Positions 11,356 to 24,270 of a stretch of DNA of 64,000 nucleotides are shown in pieces. The stretch covers positions 17,709,743-17,773,742 of the forward strand of contig JAHRHZ010000035.1 in NCBI GenBank assembly GCA_024137785.1, written 5' to 3'. The notes below the pieces were generated by a model. The model saw nothing but the letters and a program-made list of their open reading frames with translations. It did not search any database and had not been told where the DNA came from. Source of the DNA: Ginglymostoma cirratum. Its lineage: Eukaryota. Position 1 is the first letter of the stretch, and each line of letters starts with the position of its first letter. The translations under genes were made by a program, and so were the position numbers.

Positions 11356-12699
11356 AGAGATCCACCTCAGTATTTAAAACTTTTTATGATCTTACTTCCC
11401 TATAGAATCCTCAGAGTTTTAAGGCAGTAGAATATTCATGCTGGAGCAACCAGGAGGAGTTGCCAGGGTGAGTTTTGCTGATAGAAACCAGATAGACGAT
11501 TCTCAGTGGATAGAGAGAAACAACGTTTGACAGACACTGGATATTACAACTCGTTGAATTAGGGAGAAGCAAGCCTGTGGAGCCTGGAATTAACTTTGAA
11601 TGGTTCACTGAAAGAATATAATCGTTGAGAAAGTGCCCCCCGTATAGAATACAAATGTGACTTTAGTTTTTTTGATCATGTTAGGAACTTAAGGGGATGG
11701 ACATCTCTTCTGTAATGTAATGCATTAGTTGCCTCGTAAATAATGTCAGTTGTTATGACAAAAGTTTTCAAACATGAAAACTTCTGGCACGATCCTCTGA
11801 GTTGGTCACTAGAAATTCAAATCTCTTTTTAAAATTTATTAGTCACGATGGAAATTATATAACTGGACTGAAAAACCACACAATTAGAAGATTGTTATAT
11901 ATCAGAGAATCAGAAGGCAATGACAAACAGAAGACTACAAAGCCATAGTTCGGCTGCCCACTATAAGAACTTGCTTGTGTTTATCTATTGGGAAGATTTA
12001 TGTTATGCCGGAACCAAGAATTTTTAAGCTTTGATAAACATCTCAGTTTTTTTTTCTACATGGAATTACAGGATACTTGATGCTGTGGTGATGCAGTATG
12101 AAAGCCATATATTGTAGGAAAAGGTGCTCATTTTGCTGCTAAGATTTGGACAGTTGGACTCAGTTGCACTTTGATCCAAGGATATTTTTTCCATCCAAAA
12201 CACTCACCCTTTCTAATAAGACCAAGAATAAGTATTTAAGGTTGTGAATCGGAAAGATTATGATGTTTCTTCAAATGCAGTTTGTACTCACTATAAATGG
12301 CAACTTTGGAAAGGATCCAAGCAATTGTGAAGCATTACGTGAATGTATGTTCAAAAATATTCTTTGATTATTTGTTATTGTATCTACTTTATAAAATTGT
12401 GTATTATGTTTTAAACAAGTAATGCTCTAATAAGTGGAACAGGCTGATGAAATTACTTGTATATCTCCTAGCTATGTTAATTGATGTTAATTGGCGCGGC
12501 TAATGGGAAGGTTGTACATCATGACCACACCATTTAAACAACTACACAGACAGTGCATTTCACAGGAATCATATCAAATTTCTATATCTGTACTAATTAG
12601 ATTCGAAGGTTTTTCATGGAATATTGTTAAACACCTTCAGACTTCAGTTTCCTTAGCAAGCTGTACAATCAATCTTAACAATCAACATTCTATGAATTT

Positions 12700-13370
12700 A
12701 TATTGATAAAGAATCAATGAAGGGAATAGAATATATGGGTTTTTGCAGAATTTCAACAAGCATAGGAAATCTTTTGCAAAGGTAATTGTGCAAGACACTC
12801 AGGTGAATACAGTCAGAAGGAAAGTTGGAAGATGTAACGGTAAGAGGAAGGATATGACGGTTTCTCAACATGGTGAAATATGTTGGGTTGTATTCAGCTG
12901 AGGTTCATGTTGAGGACTTAAACCTTAGATATTTAAAGAAAGTACAGCAAAAAAGAGAGTTCTGATGGAGCATCATTTTATTATAGAAGAGAGATATAAG
13001 TATGGAGTTACAGAGACCATTAGGCTCAACAAGTCAATAAGATCCTAAAAGGTAAAGTGAATCATCACAAAACCAAAATATTGCAGATTCTGTAAATCTG
13101 AAATTTAAAAAAATGCTGGAAATGCTCAGCAGGATTAACAACATCACAGAGAGCAAACTGACTGAACACCTTGGGCCAATGATCTTTTATCAGAACTGAA
13201 TCTTAAATTTTGTAGCCAGAAGTATTGAATAAAAAGTATAAAAGTAATATTGAACCTATACAAGACTTTCACCATGTCACAGTTGGAATATTATGGACAG
13301 CGCATCATTTGACAAGTTATGAGAACTATAGAAGGGTTGCAGTGTAGATTTTTTTCAGATTAAACCTGGA
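12700..13370 (+). mobile_element. Highly decayed CR1 LINE ORF2 C-terminal fragment, interrupted at ~13066-13197
   Basis: ttttgtagccagaagtattgaataaaaa...gtaatattgaacctatacaagac...cagttggaatatt parallels the CR1 segment at ~35460-35545. Confidence 0.5.
13066..13197 (-). mobile_element. Penelope-derived tail element, minus strand
   Basis: ttgcagattctgtaaatctgaaa...aatgctggaaatgctcagcagg...ttttatcagaact is the reverse complement of the family at 8599/11257; tgaatc repeated on both flanks. Confidence 0.65.
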
Positions 13371-15019
13371 TTGAGGTGCTGTGGAGTTATGGTTGCAATT
13401 AGAAACAAAAGTGTTTGGGACTTGCCATTGACAAAGTTTGGCGAGCAACCAGTTACAGTACCTCATAAGCATGGAAGGATGTTCTTCCTAACCACTGTTA
13501 CGTGCTGATTACTTATTTAAAGACAACAGTGTTAGGCTACAATGTGTCGCTTTTCAATTCCTCCATTCAAAGATTAATGAATGTAGTTATGTTGAAAGAC
13601 AAAGCCAATGCCTGTAAAACAGTTCCTTTTAAATGAATGCTTCACAAATGTATGCTATATTTTGAATGCAATTTTAGTATTTTTTTTCATGTTCTCACTC
13701 ATTAAGACAGATGGTTAGTTTAAAGCCCGAGCCACATATTTTTCCAAGGCTGAAGTTGATATCCTTCCATTCCCTGACAGAAGAAGTTCTGCTGAACTGT
13801 GAAATAGGATTCCGACAATGTTTCAATTCCTCAGAGATAATGGTCCACCACTGTAAAGTGTTCTATTCAGCAGCCCACCTAAGAACTGGTGAAAAGGGCA
13901 TTCCAGGCTGCAAAGCCTCTGAAAAAAACACCAGTTTGCAGCCAGAGCCACAATGGTAAACACATTAAACATGTTAATAAGCCCTGGTCCACCAAAACAC
14001 CAGCTGTGCAAACATTTCAACATGAAGCTCTGTTATCCCAAGCCTTTCACATACCTACAAGGGCACGAAAAGTAAAATGGCATGGTAGGAGTTTCCAATT
14101 ACCTTGTAAAGGATCCCAATGTCTGCAACTGAGTTTCTGATGAGTGCAAGTTCAAGTAAGACAGGATAATGTGACAACCTTGCAATAGCCCTTAACATTA
14201 TAACCAGGGTGTTTCGCTTAAACTCAACCAAGCCTATTATAATGTTATCTCCAGCCAGCTGTACATTTTAATTTGTAATCTAAATCAATCTTATTCAACT
14301 AGGTATGTAGCTGACAGACAAGTGGAAATGGGTAACCTAAAATCCAATTACTAATCATTGTTGTGACAGGATGTATGCCTCAGAATCACAAAATCACAAA
14401 GTTCTTGCAATGCAGAAGGAAGCTATTCAGTCCTTCGTGTCTGTGCCAATATGATAAATATCTCTGGGAGATGCAATTTTTTAAACAATGATGATATGTA
14501 ATGATTTATAAAATACATACTGTACATAATAATTTAACGGTAGTTAAATAAGCTATTACTTTATTTGCATATTCAATCTATAATTGTGTTGGAAGCATAC
14601 ATGGGAAAGACATGATTACAAGTGAATAGAGGAATATTAGTTGTCTCGGGAATACTGGTTTGAGGGGGAACTGCAAACCTTGGCAAAAAGACAGGTCAAT
14701 CTTTTGTCTTTTGTAGGAAATTCGGTTTAAACCAAAAAAGGTATGAAGTCGGAAGTGACTGCTCTCCTTGTCAGTCTCTCAGCCTGAAACCTATGATGTG
14801 GCACCATGACAAGGTTTCTTGGGTCTAACACCAGTATCAATATGCTGTTGTCTGAATACTGCACCATCTACTAGCTCGGGTAACAAATACCATCAAGGCT
14901 GGGTTTTTGTTGAGAGTGACATCTTGAAGCTTATGAAAAGCACAAACTATTTACATTGCTGGAATCCCAGACTTATATTTAATCTGGATCTGTGCTTAAC
15001 GATGTTACTGTACATTACG

Positions 15020-16400
15020 TACATATAACTGATTGACTGAACACACCACAATGAATCCAGCAGAAGGTAAGTGACTGAAGACAAGGTTGGTAGCTCTAAA
15101 CCAGAACATCGCATGTTGTGATGCCATTTAACTGTCTTAAAGGTACACTACATGTCTGATCTGGAAACTATGCAATAACACATCAATCTGAGTTCAGTTT
15201 AAATGCCAGCAATACAAAACAGCAGATTTTTGGTTAGGAAACACTTGAACTTGTGTGGTTCTGAAATGGACAAGGCAAGCAGTTTGGTTTGGGGGCTACT
15301 GTGGGGGATTTTTCATGAACCAGCCGTGAGCCAGAGATTTTTGGGAAGACCCTGTAGGTGCACCCTTTGGGACAACAAAATGAATAACATTAAATTGATT
15401 TCTCTTTGGACTTCCATAATTTGTTCTTTAAGCGTGGCTAGTTAGACTGTGAAGTAGATGTCAGAATGGGCTGGAGCATGCACAGGTAGCTGTAAAATGA
15501 ATCTCCTTATATTCATTGTCCTAGTTGATTTAATGCAGCCAGATCCATGACTGACAATATTTACCCCATAAATGTTTAAATAGGCTCTTCAAATTTCAGA
15601 CAACTCCTATTTTTGGAACATATCAGATTCTCTGTGGCCATGCACATGTAACTTATAGTTCTATTGTAAAAGTCTGAGTGCTGGATTTCTTTCTTTACTA
15701 TTTAGTAAATAGAACACCTTGATGAAAAGTCAACAAAGTCATACCATTTATTTCCAATCTCAGCTGCATAAAATTTAGCTAGAATGAAAATGAAAGGAAA
15801 TATATTCAAATCATTCTGTATGGATCATAATGTTTGTAAGATCTGTCATCCTCAGTTTATTACACTAGCTGAATTAAATCCCAAGTGTCACAAAGTACTG
15901 ATGAGTCTTTTATCACTTACTTTAGAATATTTTTTCTTATTGGATTGGTATGTGTGACATGATTTTTTGGATTAAAGACCGCTGCAAGTGTGGCATAATC
16001 TGAATGCTTCCCTATCGTTTAGCCCATCTAATGAAAACCATGAAGATTTGGTTCTTGTTGAGGCAGATGCCTTGAAGTTTATTAACAATGTTATTTACAA
16101 TGCTATAAGATCTCAGATTTACACATAATCTGAGTCCTGTTCTTACCAGTAGTACATTACATTACCTAACCTTAACATTAATCAGAGATGACTGACTAAC
16201 TATGTACCGCACTGACTGCATTGTGGAATGAAGGTGAGGTAAAGACCTTTATACAGGAATGTCACATATTGTGATATCTAACTGTCTTAAAGGTACACTG
16301 CCTGTCTGGGCTGGAGACCCAGTTTGCACCTGTAAAATGTACTGATCTTTAACACGGGTATAAAGAAACTGCCCTGGGGATCAAAAGTCTTTGACCTCTT
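15020..16400 (+). repeat. Two diverged direct repeats 1150 bp apart, LTR-like
   Basis: Identical 21-mer taactgtcttaaaggtacact at 15129-15149 and 16279-16299 with similar flanks; ggtataaag TATA-like motif at ~16358. Confidence 0.5.
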
Positions 16401-16692
16401 TCTAAAATCCCCTTCAACAAAGTGTCACAGCGGAGGCGAACTGGAAGACCTGATCACTGCAAGTGGAGGGTACATAGCAGAGTGATCTAATTCCACCCAC
16501 TGTCTGTAAATAAAACAGAATTTGACCAGCCATACCTGATATATAGAGAAATCAAAGGACCAATAGGTTATGTAGAAAGCAATTGCAATTCAAACCGTAT
16601 TTGAACTATCTGTGACTAAATCTTTTTCTGGCTATTTGTTGCTTGGCCCAAGCTCTTTTGAGGTGAAACTGTAGAGATTTATTGTTTTCCAG

Positions 16693-16724
<32 letters not shown>
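16693..16724. repeat. Compound microsatellite (GT)12(GA)4
   Basis: Read directly from sequence. Confidence 0.95.
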
Positions 16725-17659
16725 TTTTTCAAGAGGGTCCGTTCAAACCATGTTTCACCAAACTCCATGATGGTTGGTGGAGGAATGACACAATCAGCAC
16801 ACCTTCCTAAGTTGGTTATGATACTATGAAAGAAATCATGGAAATATACTGTAATGTAACACTTGTCTAACAAGAATATTCATAATTCTTGGTGAATGGA
16901 TTGTTTCATTGCTATATCTTTTCATTTTTGTATTCTCTTGGTTCTGAGCATCACTACCATTTATTTTCTTTTGATACTATTAAAGAAGAGTGCTCACTGG
17001 AGACAGACTGCCTGCCTGCATGTTATGTCATTGAACTGGTAAAATAAAACAAGAAACCCATTTTCTTTGAATGACCTGTAGGTCTAATTTATTTACTTTT
17101 GCTTGTACCTTTCGATAAAATGCTTGTTTAACCATTAATGTAATTTGAAGTTAATTTTGTAAACTGAGCAATAGATAACGGTTGAATTGCCATCTTGTGC
17201 ACCAATTGCACAGACACAGAATGATCATCAGGTATCAGAAAATTGGATCAGTGGGCTTCAGGGATAGTTTGTTCTCAGTCCAATCTGGCCAGCTCCAAGA
17301 AATCTAGTGCATGTTTTGTGCCGTAGTCTCCATTAAGGTAGGAAAAGTGTTTATATAAATCCCTGTCAACTTCCCTAACCATTGTACCAGAAGTGCACTA
17401 TCTATTGTATTTAAAATCCATTTTAAATGGTGCAAATGAATTACTGTGTTCAATGGATCTGTTAGGGAGTAATAGGCTTCAAATTATTTTTTCCCCTAAG
17501 ATCTACAGAATGAATAATTGCGGTGATTTTCTTAAAGGCGTATTTCAATGTTTTGGGAATATTTTGGCTATTTACATAAAATTGGAATCAGTTCTGAGGT
17601 GAACTTTTAGTTTCGCTCATGATAAATCTGTTTTTGGTTTCAACATCTTAAATATACAG

Positions 17660-19120
17660 AGGTGATTTTCTTAATTTAGATGTTGTTGTTAAATGGAGAA
17701 AGGGTTAAAATTGCAGCAAAGCCCTCATTCCACAATGAATAAAAACAGGTCGACCCTTAATGTTGTCTGTAATTGCTTGTTTTTTAAAAACTTTTAAAGA
17801 TTTGAGAATCAAACAGAAGCCTGGACAATGTGAGCTATGTGTCAAAAATGGGTAAGAAGCCTATCTTAACATCAGGAACAACTTGCTGCATCTTTTAACT
17901 AAGTTCCAAGTGCCAAGGTGAGATTCTCACTAGGAGGCAGAGAGTTGCAGAGACGAGGGGGAGTCTTGTTTATTAATAACCTTATTAAATACACTTCTCA
18001 CCTCATAAATATCCACCTTTTTATCAAATCCCTCCATCACCCCCTGCAAACAAACCAGATGCTGAGAATTCTTGATATGAAAGTCTGAGCAGGTACCTAG
18101 CAATTTCAGCTCAGTGCTAGTTCTTCCAAAGGGCCGCTCTGTTAGAAACTAAGTACCAGGCAGTCAGGGGACACTCCAAGGATATGAGTCCAATCACCGC
18201 CATGTCCACCAACGTTAGCATCTGACATGTGCAGCCTCTAATAACCCTCGTGGTACATCTCTGATCCACCGACAGAACACTTTTGCACATCAGTGTTGGG
18301 ATGGACCAGCAACTATCACTGTAATGCTACAGCAAGGACACAGTGCCAGCAGGGACTTAAACCCAACTCACAGATTCCAGCAGGCTGCACCTCCAAGCTC
18401 TTCACTTGCTACCTTAGTGTGCACACTTTGTGTATACCTGGATGCTCACAACATGTCTTCCTCTGCCTTGCACCTCAGCCAGAGGTACCAAGCTCACAGT
18501 ATTGTAACCTTGCCATGCCATTTAGCACAGACACAAAGACAGGAAGCTGGTCTTGATTGTCAGCTGTCCTCATTCAAGTCAAGGGAGATAGCCTTCGGTC
18601 AAGGGGTCCCAGCACACAGTCTGATACTTGCCCGGGAAATGGAAATAGCCCGTCAGCCACTCGTGCCAGTCAGAGTCTGGATCCTCTCCACATAAGGGGC
18701 AAGAAGATGAATGGCAGGGAACCTACCAGCCACCTTTTGTCTTTTTGCCCTTTTATGGGCTGCTTTCTTCCTAGAATGAGAGAAACGATGGTCTTGAAGG
18801 AAATGAAAGTGGGTGGCACAACTGTTACTTTTGGTGCAGGTGAGGATGTGTCCCGAGCAATGAGTAGGCAGCATAGAGGGCTTACAGGGTTTGGGATGGG
18901 TGACTGTGAGTGAGGGAAGAAGTTGGAGGCAACTGTGAGGGTGGTAGAGCATGAGCCTTGGTAGAAAGTGGCTGTAATAGCAGAGATAGAATGGGAGTGT
19001 GAGGGACTGGAGAGAAGGCAATGACACTTATGCTGTCATACTAGAGAAGGACACTGACCTCTTCCTACAGTGATGGCCGTTCTCCAGACAGCTGAGAATG
19101 CATTGAGCCAGTGTGATTGT
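17660..19120. mobile_element. Decayed Harbinger-derived element
   Basis: GC-richer block; gagattctcactag motif at ~17920 like other family copies; weak minus-strand Myb-like remnant (HCRKR) at ~19040-19100; boundaries uncertain. Confidence 0.45.
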
Positions 19121-19513
19121 GATTGTACCAGTTATTAAATGCTGCGTAATGGCCTTGTAAATGCATTGTGCTACAGTCTCAGAAGAAGCAATTTAGAACT
19201 AACAAGTAAGCTGTTCTTTAGTGCAATTAAGCTGGAGTCTTGCTGCCTAACAACTCATTGCAGGCAGAAGAAGCAAGATGGCTTTCAGGTTGAATTGAAA
19301 CTATTGTTAAAGGATATCAACGGCTGTATCCTTAATGTATCCTTAAATCTCTCTTGAGAAAGACAGAATAGGACGTTGATCATTGGCCTCTGAGTGGGTT
19401 GCTGGTGGAGGGACCTATCTTGATTATGACTACCAATTTGCGAGCAGTCTGCAGTTTGTGTTTGAACACAGTTTGCCTGATGATTCCTACTGACCACATG
19501 TTAATTCTGTGCA

Positions 19514-19700
19514 CAGGAGGTTCCTGGTTTATGAACATTTGACGTATGAACATGATCTAGTATAGGGATGTAAGTTTAAAGATCCGATATACAAACATTT
19601 CCTATACTTTAAACTAACCTATACTGTGTTTTGAATGTCTACAAATCAACTTGAAAATGGACACTAGAACAAAATCCATTCATAACCCAGAGACTGCCTG
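19514..19700. mobile_element. Tc1/mariner (Tigger/pogo-like) MITE
   Basis: Imperfect ~22-bp TIRs caggaggttcctggtttatgaa / ttcataacccagagactgcctg; TA immediately after right end (19701-19702). Confidence 0.65.
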
Positions 19701-21149
19701 TATTGGAGTGTAAGACAGATAGTAATGTTTTTTTTGCTTGTTAAATTTAGTATCAAAAAAAATTCTCCTATCTGATTAAAAGCATGGATCTTGTGAATTT
19801 ATTCTCTTCTTAAATACCTGTTATTTCAAGCTTAGCTTAATTTTTTTTTGAGAAGTTACTGGTGCCCAATAGGATAAGAACACAGTTACAAACCTCATCT
19901 GGAATTGTAACAATAGATGAGAAGTTCTCCCACAGTGTTGTCCTAAAATCTGGAACTGAGTTGGACAGGATAATGAGGAAATTTCCAGTACCTCTTGGCA
20001 CTTTGCCCTAACAAACCCTCTCTGCCAAGCAGAGAAATGGCACATGCACAGTGACTGGTCAAACTTTGCACAAATAGCCCAAGCCAGGACTGACCAACCT
20101 TTCAGAGCTCAAGAGTGGGGTGGAATAAAATATCTTAACCTGACAAAAAGCGAAAAGTGCTAAATCCTTTTGTCCCACATTGGGTCTCCCCAAAGGAAGC
20201 TACAGTGTCATTGATTCTATTGCAACACATGGGCTTAAGACAGTAGTGAGCAGGATGTAAATCAGAAATTTCCAATCTGTGGCGCTCTCTTGTTGTAAAT
20301 ATACTGTCAATTAAATGTGAATTGTGAGATAGCGTTCCTTTCATTTTCATTTTAACCATGGCACACTTCTTTATCTGAACTAAATTACACAACAAAATTC
20401 CTAAAAGCAGAATCCTCTTTAATTAGATGTTCCAAATATCCAACAATTAACATAACCTTAGCAATTAATATAAGTTGACAATAAGAAACAAAGAAGGAAA
20501 CTCCCACTTTCACATTCACCATTGGCAAATTAATTTACCCACGCAAAACATTCTGAACACCATTTTGTTCATTCTGGCTCCAATGTTCACTTGTCTATAG
20601 TTTTCATGAAAATGAAAGAAGAAAACTTGGAGAAAATAGCATAAAATGAAGAAGTATCTAAATAAATGTAAAACAAATCCTAACATACAGAAGTGCTGTG
20701 GTGCATTTCTTGGGCTAGAATGTGCACGCTGCACAGACATAATTTGCCAGTCTTTACCCATATGTGTTCGCTGTTGTTACAATCATTACCTTCTGCTGAA
20801 AAGTCTTATTATGAGGGCAAGTCTGTACAGTTTTATATATTTCTTACTTTGTTATGCAATTTTCAAATATGGCATCCTTACTTGTATTGAAACATTGTTT
20901 TTACTGTCTTTTGTCATTTATGGGAGACTGGACATATCACATTTTTTGGAACCAATCGGATTAACTCCTATTGTAAAATACATTTGTTGCTTGTGAATCC
21001 AATGCTCATGAGGTTTCCCAGAATGTTACTCTTGTAAACAGTGGGACCTCCCTGAAAATATTATCCTTAGAAATCCTAACATATACTGACAAATGTTTCC
21101 GTTCTGTGACAAAAATCTAGCGACACTGCACTAACCAATATGAATTAAT

Positions 21150-21910
21150 ACAACGGCTAATATAACTTGGTCTGATCCTTCTTAAATCAAAGGGTTATAT
21201 TTGCTATTTGCCAGAATGATGGAACCTTTCCTGAATTGAGGGAATATTGGAAAATTAACACATGCACATCTACAGTTCATTAGTCACCTCTTTTAACATC
21301 ATAGGATGAAGTTCTTCTGGAACTGGAGACTTGTCAGTCCATCAACTCTATCGGTTTGTTTATTACTGCTTCCTCACAACTGCAATTTAACTCTGTTCAT
21401 CTCTTCCTTCTACCTCCTGATTTACAGCTATTGCTGAAATGTTTTTGTGTTCACTATAGTGAAGTGAGCAGCAAAATATCTGTACATTTCAGATGCCATT
21501 TCCTTAGTATCCACTGTCACCTCCCCATTCTGACTCTTAGATGACCAAATACTTTAGCTTGCTCCTTTCTCTTTTAAACAGCTGTAGAAACTCTTGCTAT
21601 TCATTTTTACATTCCCAGCTAGCTTTCTAACTTCTTCTTCCTGATTAAACTTTTGGTCATTCTCTGCCTTTCTTTATATTCCAACTGAACTCTAACCTGT
21701 CACTCATCTTGCTCAGGTTTTGCCTTTTGGTGACATTTGTTGTTTTGCCCTAATTTCTTTAGTTAACTGTGGATGGTGGGTCTTTTCTTTAGACTTTTCC
21801 TTTATAATACGAACACACTTATTCTGAGTATTCTGAAATATTCTCTTTTATGCAAACTACTGCATCTCTAATGATCTATTGCTTCACTGGCAGACAGCTT
21901 CACTTTAGCT
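21150..21910 (-). mobile_element. Old CR1 LINE ORF2 internal fragment
   Basis: Minus strand reads DKSPVPEELHPMMLKEV... then ...FKK, matching the CR1 motif DKSPGPDGLHPRVLKEV...ANVTPLFKK; many stops. Confidence 0.7.
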
Positions 21911-22998
21911 TCGCTAACTGCTCCTGGATTTCCCTGAGCCCCAGCTCCTCAGCAGCACTAAGAAATACTTACTCCCAGGGCCGAACTGAACACTAGCTTG
22001 CAGTTGCACAGAGTAATCACTGTTCCACAGCTCTTCTCAGCCCTAGTGAATCTGGAGCACAGAGCAGTCCATGGTTCCCAGGGTTTTTTCAACCCTAATC
22101 TCCTCTGCTGAAAGGAGCTAATAACAGCACTTCAGCTACATGACTTACTGGTACATGGAAACACTCTTGCTCTGCCTGCAAGTTCCAGGTCAGGTTTTTG
22201 TGCTGCACAGCTGGAGTTTATGTTAAAAACATGCTTTGAGCCAGCTCTAACACATACCAGGCCTGTTGCCTTGCCATTTGCTGTATTTGCCCTGGAGCCC
22301 TAGGCATATTGTGAGCTACAGTTCTCAGTTGCCGCTCCATCCATCCAGAAACCACATTTAAAAGAGATGGTATCTCTCACATGTGTGACATCTACGCACA
22401 CCATAAAGCTTTAGGCAGCAGAGATTTAAAATTCACAGAAAGCAGTGTAAGCATCGTTTTTCGTGTGTGTCTGATCTACTTGCTCACATAGTGGGACTTG
22501 TTTTACATTAATACTGAGACATGGTTTACCATGAGACATGGTTTATTCCCATTAAAACACAAGATACATACATGCAGTTCTATGAAACCCTTTCCCCTTT
22601 AATTTCCCAGTTGTAAAACTGTCACAATGTTTCAAAATATGCTTTGAAAGTGCAAGATGATACAGAAATTTATACTCCTCCAATTACAGCTGTTTTTCCT
22701 GGTCCCAAGATTCCTACTTTTTGGTGTTGATATTCTCTCTGGAGTGCGTGAGGGAGCCCTCTGATTTGAGTGGTCTCTTTTAATCAGTTATCCAGGTCAT
22801 TCGCAAGTAAACTAGTTTACTATCATTTAGTGACAGCATTTTGATGTAAATATGTACTTAGCATAATCCAGATACTGCATGTAAATTGAGTTTCTGTCCC
22901 AAAAGACAAAAGACAGTATTGGATATTGTAATTTCTCCAATGATTGAGCCAACCCAAGGAACTGGGCTGTCTCAAAAACAATACTACTGAAACTCAGA

Positions 22999-23151
22999 GG
23001 GAGCAAGAACTGCAGTTGCTGGAGTCAGAGACAACACAATGTGAAGCTGAAAGCACACAGCTTCTAAGAAGGGTTCTGAACCGAAACGTCAGCTTTCCTG
23101 CTCCTCTGATGCTGCCTGGCCTGTTGTGTTCCTCCAGCTCCACACTGTTGT
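22999..23151. mobile_element. Palindromic Penelope-derived element with 15-bp TSD
   Basis: TSD ctactgaaa(c/a)tcaga at 22984-22998 and 23152-23166; core ct-aagaagggttctgaaccgaaacgtc; arms agacaacacaatgtgaagctg / cagctccacactgttgtct. Confidence 0.8.
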
Positions 23152-23979
23152 CTACTGAAAATCAGATCTGTTGTTCCACCTGAAACCTAGCAGCATTGTC
23201 TCATCAACACCTATTCAATAGTCAGTCAAGGTGAGTGGCTTGCATATCTGTCTGGCTTGATCCAATTTGACAATAAATACTGCAAGCTTCTTGGCTTAAT
23301 ATCTCAGTTCCGCTGTCTTATTAATACCTATTCAACATAATCAATCAATATAACTGGTTTGCATATCTGTCTGTCTGACCTGATCCAATTCCCAGCACAT
23401 TGTTCTGTTTTCAGTTTTCCCAACATGCCATTCAGTTGGCTATTGTTGCATTTAGTGTCCCAAAAGAGCTATTATTTTATTTAAGATGGACATTACACTA
23501 CTTACAGAAGCCAGTTTGAGTCTAATACAATTGAAATCTGTCACTTAGATTCCAAGCATTGAACGCCAAGTTGGCTATTTAGTTTTGCTACGGTGTGAGG
23601 AAGAAAATCAGTAAATCCACACATGATACAAGCGTATCTAAAATCTGCCACTTATATAATTGATATGGTGTGATTGCTATGAACTGTTACCATGCAATAT
23701 AATTTGACATTGACATGAATAGATTATCGTTCCCAGTATTAAAATCTATTTAGCTAGATCCTACTGGAGAAAGCTAAATAGTTATCACTTAATTCAAAGT
23801 CACTTGATTCATATCATTGCAGGAATCATTTTTGTGCCAATTCCATTTCTCTGTGTTATTTCGTCGTGTTTAATTCAAACTATTGAATTATTCAGGAATA
23901 GTTAAGAAAAGAATCTGCACTTTCAGAAGACCAACATCCCGTAGCATAGCTTATCGTACAGTTTTGGCAACATGCGTGA

Positions 23980-24270
23980 GAAAGACTTGAATGCCTTTCA
24001 CACGCCTTTCAGGACCACAGGGTAAAAAGCTTTACTGCAAATGAAGTACTGTTGAAGTGTAGTGTGGGAAACATAGCAGCCAGTTTATGCAGATCAAACT
24101 CCCCTAAACAGCAATGTGAGGTTCACCACTTCATCTGTATTTTTGATGTTGATTGAGGGATAAAGGATGCTAGCAATACCTGCTCTTCTTTCATCTCATG
24201 GAATTTTTTACACTCCCATGAGAGGACAGATGGGATTTCAGATCAAACAGCTCATCCTAAAGACACTGTT
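23980..24270 (-). mobile_element. Deu-domain SINE fragment
   Basis: aatgaagtactgttgaagtgtag...aaacagcaatgtga...tgatgttgattgagggataa...cctgctcttctt collinear with 9483-9880. Confidence 0.75.

Noticed and set aside
22515-22545. 14-bp direct repeat tgagacatggttta x2
   Set aside because: Simple local slippage duplication; only two units, not an array
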